The translations under genes and the position numbers were made by a program. DNA of 35,650 nt. It comes from Microthyrium microscopicum. Lineage: Eukaryota. Shown here one piece after another: positions 11,200-19,507 of this stretch. The DNA lies in contig MU004234.1 of NCBI GenBank assembly GCA_010405405.1, forward strand, positions 726,993-762,642, written 5' to 3'. The notes under the pieces are model-generated. The model ran no database searches, was not told the DNA's origin, and was given only the letters and a program-made list of their open reading frames with translations. The first letter of the stretch is position 1. Each line of letters opens with the position of its first letter.

Positions 11200-11810
11200 T
11201 CAGTCATCCTCTGTTTCATGATTTGTAGCCTGATCGATGTCCCATTTCTCGTAGAAGTCTGGCCGCCAATTTTTCTTCTTCAGCAAAGCCATTAGTGGGC
11301 CCAGGGGCTGTTGCCAAAGGTATCTAAAAGGTCTGAAAATCAGTACAGGAACAACTTGGAGTGGCTGAGTTGATGTGTAAAGACTTACCGATCTTGCTAA
11401 AGCTGACAGTCAGTACAAAGCTCGAGGCGAAAGTCCTTGCGCCGCCGCCATCGCAGCATGGCAGAAATCCACCAACACCAGAACTTGTTATCCTGGTTAA
11501 TCTCATCGTCATTCCGCGGGCAACGACGTTGAAGAGCCTGTACTTCTAGGTACAGTTTTGAGATATCAAAATGATGGGCAGCGCGGTACGTTCCACAAGA
11601 AGCGCAACGGATGACTTTGAGCATATCGACGTAACATTTGTCGGCTAGTTCGTCATTTGTCAACGGCTCGATGATGTTGTAGTAATGCTTGGAGACAGTT
11701 CTTAGAGTAAGTCTTGCGTATGGACCAAGGTACTTTACGATCTCGAGCTTAAGTTCGTCTGTTATTCCTTGGAGAGAAGCGCGTGGTGGAAGTGGAAAAG
11801 GGGTAGACAT
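11200..11810 (-). CDS. F-box + CxxC/CxxC zinc-binding protein, array copy C, with an in-frame premature TAG (137 aa truncated, 181 aa if recoded); pseudogene or recoded gene
   Basis: F-box ASLQGITDELKLEIVKYLGPYARLTLRTVSK; RCASCGTYR..F and ELCTDC. TAG at 11399-11397, then CAA GAT CG|GTAAGT intron 11388-11324 and an intact exon YLWQQPLGPLMALLKKKNW...ETEDD-TGA (11202-11200). Confidence 0.8.
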
Positions 11811-11969
11811 TGTGCTTGCTGAGGGCTGCAACGATATTAGAATCGTTGAGAAGTTCTGGGCCAAAGCGATGGAAGTACTTAAGGCTTTGCCATCGCAAGT
11901 TGAAGCTCAAGTCGCAGGGTGTTGTGACAGTGGTGAAGGAGAGTTGAGCATGAGGTGGCAGGAGAATGG

Positions 11970-11976
11970 TTTTATA
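11970..11976 (-). promoter_or_regulatory. TATA box of F-box copy C
   Basis: TATAAAA on the minus strand, 83 nt upstream of the homologous leader ATG 11893. Confidence 0.6.
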
Positions 11977-12480
11977 CACCTTAAAAGTACCGAATGAGTC
12001 CGACAGGTGACAAAATCTCCGGATTATTATTGCAACCTGATCATTGCAGGGGGCAGCCGCCTGGCTTTGAGAAATGGCATGATGGCAATAGTGCAGAGGT
12101 GCTGCATGACCGGGAAAGGGAGACTACGGCATGCCTCTGTGTCAATTTAGTCCTGGCCCACGACTGAGTCCACATAGAGCATGCCTATCAGCTAACAGGT
12201 AGTCAAGCCTAACACTGTATGCCTTTCTTCGAAACTTGAGTACTGCGAAAGGGCAAAAAGGCATAAGATTTTGGAACAGCGTTCAAGACGTTCATCGAAT
12301 GATGGTATTGATTCATACCTTCGATCCGGTGTGTGAAGTTGGAATATCGTACCAAAAGAATTCAGAGATTGGATGTATAGAAAGGCGCCAACCAATTCAT
12401 TCAAGTACGGATTAAGATTCTGTTATATATCGCTGTTCATATGGTGGCCGTGGCCTTTGACACCTCGTCATCTCAATCGA

Positions 12481-13169
12481 TCATACAGTACACTTGGGAA
12501 CAACACCCAGCTTTCTGCGAGGACCGATATCTCCAATACCGCTCCAATTCTCATGGAATAGTTCCATGACCTGCACGAACTTCATGTCCCAGATGTAGCT
12601 TCAAACCAAGTCAGCAGATGTGCGAGAGAAACTACAGAGCTGAAGTGCGACTTACTCCTTGTCTTGCTTGCCATTCTCATCCTTGCAGTCACCACAAATC
12701 TCGTGAAGGTAGACTTGGTTTCTCCGCCATGAGTCCATATCTCTCTTGAGCTTGCCTGTAAACCATCGAGCGAACGGACTAGTTATTGCGCCAAGTCGAT
12801 GAAGCTTCTTAAAGTAAAGATCTTCGTTGACTCCCTTGACAATGTTGAACTCGCTGGGTGGTCGAAATCCTTTGCACTGCTCACAGTACAAGACCCGAAA
12901 TTTGTTGACCGGGATTTTGGGGACAAAGTCGGAATTTGTTGGCTTTGGCAGAAAGCTGTACTCCAGACAACTTCCTCGGAGAGCAAGCTTGTCGAAAAGA
13001 CCGAGATATTGGACGATCTCTAATTTGAGCTCAACCGGTATCCCTTGGAGCGATGCTTTCGGCGGTGCGGCAAAACGAGCGTCGCTGCTGCCAGCTTGAG
13101 CGCTGTCACGATGTTAGCAATCCTGAAGTATATGGCTCAGAAAGAAGAAAATACTTACCGTTTCTCCAT
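12481..13169 (-). CDS. F-box + CxxC/CxxC zinc-binding protein, array copy D, 191 aa
   Basis: Leader exon ATG GAG AAA CG (13169-13159); introns 13158-13103 and 12655-12599, both GTAAGT..CTRAC..AG. F-box ASLQGIPVELKLEIVQYLGLFDKLALRGSC; YCEQCKGFR..F and EICGDC; last exon YIWDMKF...KCTV*. Confidence 0.85.
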
Positions 13170-13243
13170 GTTGTAAACGAGTGTCCAGTGAAGGTTGAAT
13201 TGAACAACTGGTGAATAGAACACAATAAGAGCAGGAGGAGAGG

Positions 13244-13250
13244 CTTTATA
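13244..13250 (-). promoter_or_regulatory. TATA box of F-box copy D
   Basis: TATAAAG on the minus strand, 81 nt upstream of ATG 13169. Confidence 0.65.
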
Positions 13251-13854
13251 CAACTCAACATTGCTGAGACGATTCCAGCATGTGCCATTTCCAAGTGAAC
13301 TTTCAAACCAAGAAGACGAAATTGGAAAGCTGCGGTTGCAGAGTTGAGAAGCAACACAGAACCATCGTTGTAGGAGAGCTGCTTAGAATGGAAAGATGTG
13401 CTGGAGGTTTCAAACTAAAATATGCGAATGTCGGGTTCGTAGCATTCGATCGTCGAGGTATGCTTACTTGAAAGGGAAGTCGTGGCTAAGCATGCTGTTG
13501 GAGAGTGTTGGAAAAGGGGCTGATGGGCGACGATGCTGTTACAACATTTCGCGTGCGTGGATTGGAAAGGAGGATGACAAGAAGCTGGAAGAGCTAAAAG
13601 ACCTGATATGCCAGAGAAGCAGTCAATTAATTATGAGCAAGATATCTTGCGGCGAGAGGAAGAGCATATTATAGCTTATATGATTGCAGCCTTGCCAAGG
13701 GAGGCAAGACGCCGTCAACACTGCATCTGGTCACTGCAAACATGCGATCGATATGAAAGACCAGATGTCATGAAACCATTCGTAATTTCCTTAGGATAAG
13801 AGTAGGCTGATTGGGAACATGGTATGGAAGAACTTCGAAAGGCTCTCTTGCCAT

Positions 13855-15246
13855 TCAGTCTACCCGAACAATGTCCCTAACCAACAACCACTTCCTAACA
13901 GTCTCACTCTGATACCTCTCCAATCCCCCCTTTGCCCACGGCGTCACCCCACCCAACAGCGCATTCGGCGCCTGTAGGTCAACCAGCTCAGCATCAACAT
14001 CCTGAATCCGCCGGTCTCTCGTCGCCAACAAAATGTTCAGAATAGTCTTCGCCCCTAGAAAACTCTGTATCGCAGGCACCAGCTGCAAATTCGGCATCCA
14101 CGAGTTCGCCAATTCACTCGCGCGACTCGTCATCTTGGAAACAGCAGTGCCAATAAAACCAGCCGGGGCATATTTGCCCATATCGCCATAGACATCGCCA
14201 GAGCCTTGCGTTAGCTCGCCTCGCATGCTAGTTTCTAGGGCTGTGAGAGATGCTCGGGCGCCGCGTTGGAGAATTTGGTTGGCTGGATCGTTGGCCGCGA
14301 TGGATGAGAAGAGCCAGTGCAACACGAGATCTGCGCAGACAGCGTTGGGAATGACAGGCGTGGTCAGCGCATTGGGTAAACTGAAGAGAAGCTTTTCGAC
14401 GATGTTGACACCTGTGCGGAAGAAGCGGAACTTCTGGCGTCCGAGGTCGTAGTGGCAGCCAGGGAACCAGCGCTCGTTAATAGAGAAGTCTGAATCATCT
14501 TTGTGTTCGAATGTAGCTGAACGTCTTGCGCGACAGGGTTGGAAGGCCCAGAGACGATCGTGCATGGAGCAAGCGTGGTAGACACGCCGGACGGACGCGC
14601 TGACGTCTTGGCTGAAGAATTCGGGATAGTCGAAACCGCCGGCCTGTGCGTTGAGGCGTGGGATTCCGAGGGAGCCGACTGTGTCAATGATCCCGAGGAA
14701 GGCGATGGGGGAGTTGACTTGCCAAGAAGCTTTGGCGCGGAAGGTCTGCATGGATGGGTGGGAAGGTTTGTCTTCGTCGTAGGGAGAGCGGTAGATCGCG
14801 TAGACTTCTTCGACTAGGCGGCGCGTGGAGTCTGTAGTGAGTAAAGGTTTGACGATACCACAGTTGTTGATCATGCCACCGATACAGCGGACAGTGTAGG
14901 AGCCGCGGCTGAGGCCGAACATCCAGATATCAGTGTCGTCGTCAAAGTTTTCAACGATGTATTGATAGCCTTTCATGCATTCTTCGCCAATGGTATTTGC
15001 GGTAGCGCCGTCGAAGAGGTAGTCTAGAAAAGTTCCTCCAAGACCGATGCCTGGGAAGTAGCACGCTTTTAGGCTTCTAGATGGATCTTCGTATGTGAGC
15101 GGTTCAGTATCTGTTGGTGCTATGCTTGCTGGAATTCCAATGGCTTTTGCGATAAGGGAGACATTAGTTTCAGTGCCTGTTTCTCTGCCACACCATGTCC
15201 CGTCAAACAGTACAACTAGCTTCTTAGAACGCTCGAATTTAGACAT
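13855..15246 (-). CDS. DUF2235 / T6SS Tle1-like alpha/beta-hydrolase domain protein, 463 aa, intronless
   Basis: Family motifs LVVLFDGTW, TNV, FGLSRGSYTVR (nucleophile G-x-S-x-G), DTVGSLG and WFPGCHYDLG. First ATG at 15246. Confidence 0.9.
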   Translation of the reverse strand: MSKFERSKKLVVLFDGTWCGRETGTETNVSLIAKAIGIPASIAPTDTEPLTYEDPSRSLKACYFPGIGLGGTFLDYLFDGATANTIGEECMKGYQYIVENFDDDTDIWMFGLSRGSYTVRCIGGMINNCGIVKPLLTTDSTRRLVEEVYAIYRSPYDEDKPSHPSMQTFRAKASWQVNSPIAFLGIIDTVGSLGIPRLNAQAGGFDYPEFFSQDVSASVRRVYHACSMHDRLWAFQPCRARRSATFEHKDDSDFSINERWFPGCHYDLGRQKFRFFRTGVNIVEKLLFSLPNALTTPVIPNAVCADLVLHWLFSSIAANDPANQILQRGARASLTALETSMRGELTQGSGDVYGDMGKYAPAGFIGTAVSKMTSRASELANSWMPNLQLVPAIQSFLGAKTILNILLATRDRRIQDVDAELVDLQAPNALLGGVTPWAKGGLERYQSETVRKWLLVRDIVRVD

Positions 15247-15597
15247 GGTGAGAGGTAACAGGGCAATGAAGATGGCGAACAAGTTTATAGATTCTTCCAG
15301 CACTTGGAGACTATAAATTCAAACTTGTCAAATTCAGGAATACGGTGCTGCTCCCACCATTTTGAGGCCAGCTTCAGCTGCCCAGACTGTTCGTATTGGC
15401 ATGCATCTCAGCCGCAAGCTTCATGCATATATTATGCAAGGTGGGCTGACATCTTTGAGGCCGCAGCTTGAAAAAACAGGCGATACAAGGCCACTTGGAA
15501 ATTTGGAACCCAGCATATGCTGCAAGTATTGACCAAGAGGAGTAATCTTTCAGACTCTACAGAGTGTGTAACGGTATTTGGGCCGAGTTGGAGAGCT

Positions 15598-16336
15598 TCA
15601 ATCCAAATCACCCCAGTCACTGCGTGCAGCCACAAAGGCTTTTGACGATGTTCCATTCGCCATCTGATCGAGCTCATTGGTGGTTGCGACCTGAGGTAAG
15701 GCGCTCGTGATAGCGTCAACGGTTTCTCTCATCTTCTTGACAGATTGTATTTGCGCTTTACGTGTCTCAACTTGGCCCTCCAGGATTTCGATCAACGATT
15801 GACGGGCTTGATGGGGTCGGTATTCATTGACAATATGCAGCACATTGATAAATAGGTTCTCGATATCAGCCCATTTGTTCCAGGCTTGGGTAGCGTCTTG
15901 AGAAAAGATCCCAACGAGTTCAAGAAAGTTTACAAGGATAGATCGAATGGCTCGTTGGAGGTGGACCGCTCGATCAACTGACCAGTCGGACTGCGCTTTG
16001 TCTTGTGTGTCGCCAGATTCTTTAGGTCCGCTCGGAAAGAGGTTGGTGAGGCCTATTTCCTCGAGAGGTGGAAGTGTATTGTGGATCTACAATGTCAGGT
16101 GGATGCGATGCAGAGGGGGCTCTGATACTCACATCGTAATTGCCGCTAAAGACGACATACTTGCCATCAGCGGGAGGAGGAGGAGGAACAAGGGGTATCA
16201 GATCTTGAGGTATATCTTCCCCTTCGCGTTGAAGGTCCTTGACCGTGTCTACATTTTCTTGGGTAAACAATTGCCAAAATGGTGGGGGAGCTGGAAAGAG
16301 TTCGCTAAACGCGCTGTCTTCTTGTGGGGCAGCCAT
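15598..16336 (-). CDS. MED7: Mediator of RNA polymerase II transcription subunit 7, 230 aa
   Basis: N-terminal FPAPPPFWQLFT and LVPPPPP; SILVNFLELVG and VNEYRPHQARQSLI. Intron 16132-16087 (GTGAGT..CTGAC..TAG). Confidence 0.93.
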
Positions 16337-16418
16337 GGTAATGCAAAGAACAGGACCGACTTTGAGGTAATATGGAGGATGATATCAACGATGCTGCAGA
16401 GAAATGACAGGACGGCGC

Positions 16419-16496
16419 TCGATGCGACAACAACAGAAACAGAATGTATCGGGGGCGCCGTCGATGCGACAACAACAGAAACAGAATGTATCGGGG
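16419..16496. repeat. Direct duplication of a 36-bp sequence (period 42 bp) between the divergent MED7 and phosphatase genes
   Basis: TCGATGCGACAACAACAGAAACAGAATGTATCGGGG occurs at 16419 and 16461. Confidence 0.9.
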
Positions 16497-16856
16497 AGGT
16501 GAAGCATATCAAATGTAGGGGAAGTGAAGAAGTTACAAACTCGAGCAATCTTCACGCACGGAAAGAGCAAAGCATCGCGCCGTGGCAAGCGCAGGTCAAA
16601 CTGCGCTAGCAAGGAAGGAACCATTGACCCATGCTCCTCCCTAGGTGATCGGCATGCCGAGACGGGCCGACTTGTACCTCCCATCCGAAACCGCCTTCGA
16701 CATTTGATCTGGACTGGAGCTATTGAATTCCGGTTCAAACCAACAATTCACGTCGGGACTATCGCAAGGTGTTAACACTGTCCAAGCATCTTGTTTCTGT
16801 TCGATGTCTCCTCTCATGATCAAGAGCTAATCATCAGCGGAAGACCAAACAGCGCC

Positions 16857-17799
16857 ATGACTGTCCTGGAATCTGTTCAGCGGTTCTGTCAAGTAAGCAA
16901 TGCAACAAGTTCCAATAACTAGACACTAATTGAGTCAGCGTACATATGCCTTCGAGTATATCGGTCTAGGGATTCTAATAGCTGGATACACCCTAACCGA
17001 AATTTCCTTCGAACCTTTCCATACACTGTTCCGCCTCGACGATGCCCGAATACAATATCCACATGCTGAGGTTGAGCGCGTCTCCCTCCTGATGCTTCTG
17101 ATCTACAGCATTGCCGTCCCATTCATATTGATCGCAGTCTACAATCTCGTCAGCAGATCGCCTGCCCATGCGTTCCAGGTCTCGTTGCTCGGTCTATCAA
17201 TTAGCTTGATGCTTACAGAACTCGTCACCAATGTCTTCAAGAACGCAGTTGGTCGTCCAAGACCAGACTTGATCTCGCGATGCAAGCCAAAGCCGGGTAC
17301 TCCAACAGACCAACTCGTGGGAATCGAAGTATGCACTGAGACTCGAGTTCACACTCTACAAGATGGCTGGAGGAGCTTTCCAAGTGGTCACAGTAGTTTC
17401 GCATTTGCCGGTCTAGGATATTTAACACTATACTTCGCCGGACAGTTTCACCTTTTCAGGCCCAACAGCAACTTGACCTCGCTAATCTTAACGGTCATAC
17501 CACTTATTGGCGCCGGTATGATTGCCGTCTCTCGCCTGGAAGACTATCGCCATGGTCCAATCGACGTCCTGACTGGAAGTCTGCTCGGCTTCATAGTCGC
17601 TTACGGCGCATACCGAAGATACTTCCCGGCATGGCGTTCGCTAGAACCACACATACCCCACAAACTCCCGACGGATAAGAGACGTATTCGGGATGAAGAG
17701 ACGGGTGGCCGTGGCGCAGTACGACCAGATCATGAAGATTTTGATCTTGCTGATGATGACGATTCCGATGAGATCCCATTGACCTCTAACCGCGGTTGA
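16857..17799 (+). CDS. DPP1: PAP2-family lipid phosphate phosphatase (diacylglycerol pyrophosphate phosphatase DPP1-like)
   Basis: Catalytic motifs KNAVGRPRP, PSGH and SRLEDYRHGPID; multiple TM segments. Intron 16893-16938. A further upstream exon (ATG 16654-16673, intron to 16837) would extend the frame and is possible. Confidence 0.9.
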
Positions 17800-18091
17800 T
17801 AGGCCTCAAGGATTGTTAATGTGATTATGGTTATTTTCAAGAGTATAATAGGAGGCCGGTTTCCTAGTCAATTTCGATATACTTTAGCTTGGAGTTTTCC
17901 CGGTTCAGGGTACGATTAATATCGACTAGCAATAACAGCAAATACCTTACAATATATTCGACACACGGTCTCAGTGCAATGTCAACTTCCTCAACATTTT
18001 TATTCTAACCTCGCCATAGAAATGTAATACTAAACAAGTCCCCGCACCACCAAAACAATTCTCAATAGCTGGTTATCACTCTTTTACAACC

Positions 18092-19399
18092 ATGCTCACC
18101 ACACTCCTTACCTTCCTGCCCCTGGCCCTCGCAGCGCCTCAAGTCGCCTTCCCCGGCGCAGAGGGTCTCGGCCGCTTCGCAACCGGTGGACGCACCGGCA
18201 CGAACTACGTCGTTTCCACCCTCGCTGACAGCGGAACTGGCTCACTTCGCGATGCTCTTTCACAGCCCAACCGCATAATAACCTTCAACGTCTCTGGCGT
18301 AATCCACATCAAAAAGCGCCTCGTCATCCCCAAAGCCACCACAATCCTCGGCCAAACCGCGCCCGGCGTCGGCATAACCACCTACGGCAATGGATGGTCA
18401 GGCTCCGGCGCCTCAGACAGTATAGTACGCTACATCCGCGTGCGCATGGGCGCTCAAGGCGACAAAGGCAAGGACGCAATGACAATAGCAAACGGCCAAA
18501 ACATGATCTTCGACCACGTAACCTACACCTGGGGCCGCGACGAAACATTCAGCATCAACGCGTATGAAAAGGCTGCAAACATCACTATCCAAGATTGTAT
18601 CGTTGCCCAAGGGCTCCAGACACATAGCGCTGGCGGTCTAATGCAAGTCAAAGCCGGGCTCTCTCTATTCCGTAATCTATGGGCAGACAACAAGACGCGC
18701 AATCCAAAAGTCAAGGGCCGCAACGATTTCGTCAACAATGTAATCTATAACTGGGGCGGTGGAGGAGGTTATATTGCGGGCGGTAGTGAGGGCGACTCGG
18801 TAGCGAATATTGTGGGGAACTATTTCGTGGCTGGGCCGAGTACAGGAAAGACGAAGGCGTTTGTGAGAGGGAATGAGCATTTTAAGGCTAGTGTTAAGGG
18901 AAATTATGTGGATCATAATAAGGATGGGGTATTGAATGGTGAAGAGTTGAAGGCTAGTAGTGATGCGTATGGTGGTATGGCTGTTGTGGCGACCGATATG
19001 GGGTTTCCGGGACCAGAGAAGGTTATGAGTGCGCCGGAGGCGATTGTGTATGTGTTGAAGAATGCTGGCGCGAGTAAAGTGAGAGATGCGAATGATGAGC
19101 AACTCATCAAGGAGGTTATGAGTTATGGGAAGTCGGGGAAGTTGATTCATGATGAGAGTGAGACCGTTTGGGGGATGGCGTTTGGGGCGGGCAAGAAGGC
19201 GCCTGAAGCGGAGGGTAACAAGACACCTGAAGCGGAGAGTAAGGAGAATTGGGCGATGATGGCTGATTCTGATGGAGATGGGATTCCAGACTGGTATGAG
19301 ATTAAGATGGGCTGGGACGTTAATGGCCACGATGCGATGAAAATTCAGGACAGTGGGTACACGCGTATTGAAGAATATGCTAATTCTCTACTAGTCTAG
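18092..19399 (+). CDS. Secreted pectate lyase, polysaccharide lyase family 1 (PlyC-like), 435 aa, intronless
   Basis: Signal peptide; AFPGAEGLGRFATGGR, DSGTGSLRDA, TILGQTAPG, IFDHVTYTWGRDE, NKTRNPKVKG, VNNVIYNWG; C-terminal DSDGDGIPDWYE and YTRIEEYANSL. Confidence 0.92.
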   Translation: MLTTLLTFLPLALAAPQVAFPGAEGLGRFATGGRTGTNYVVSTLADSGTGSLRDALSQPNRIITFNVSGVIHIKKRLVIPKATTILGQTAPGVGITTYGNGWSGSGASDSIVRYIRVRMGAQGDKGKDAMTIANGQNMIFDHVTYTWGRDETFSINAYEKAANITIQDCIVAQGLQTHSAGGLMQVKAGLSLFRNLWADNKTRNPKVKGRNDFVNNVIYNWGGGGGYIAGGSEGDSVANIVGNYFVAGPSTGKTKAFVRGNEHFKASVKGNYVDHNKDGVLNGEELKASSDAYGGMAVVATDMGFPGPEKVMSAPEAIVYVLKNAGASKVRDANDEQLIKEVMSYGKSGKLIHDESETVWGMAFGAGKKAPEAEGNKTPEAESKENWAMMADSDGDGIPDWYEIKMGWDVNGHDAMKIQDSGYTRIEEYANSLLV

Positions 19400-19507
19400 A
19401 TATGTACCTTCATCTATCTCTCGTTTGATCTCTGCTGAGTCCCTCTCTCTACGTTCAACGGTCTGTGATATCGGTTAACACCAACTCGATATAGTGAAGA
19501 AAGAGAC

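Noticed and set aside
15947..16609. 220-aa plus-strand ORF containing DATTTETECIG twice
   Set aside because: Antisense to MED7; the peptide repeat is just the 42-bp-period DNA duplication.
18677..19330. 217-aa minus-strand ORF
   Set aside because: Antisense shadow of the pectate lyase.
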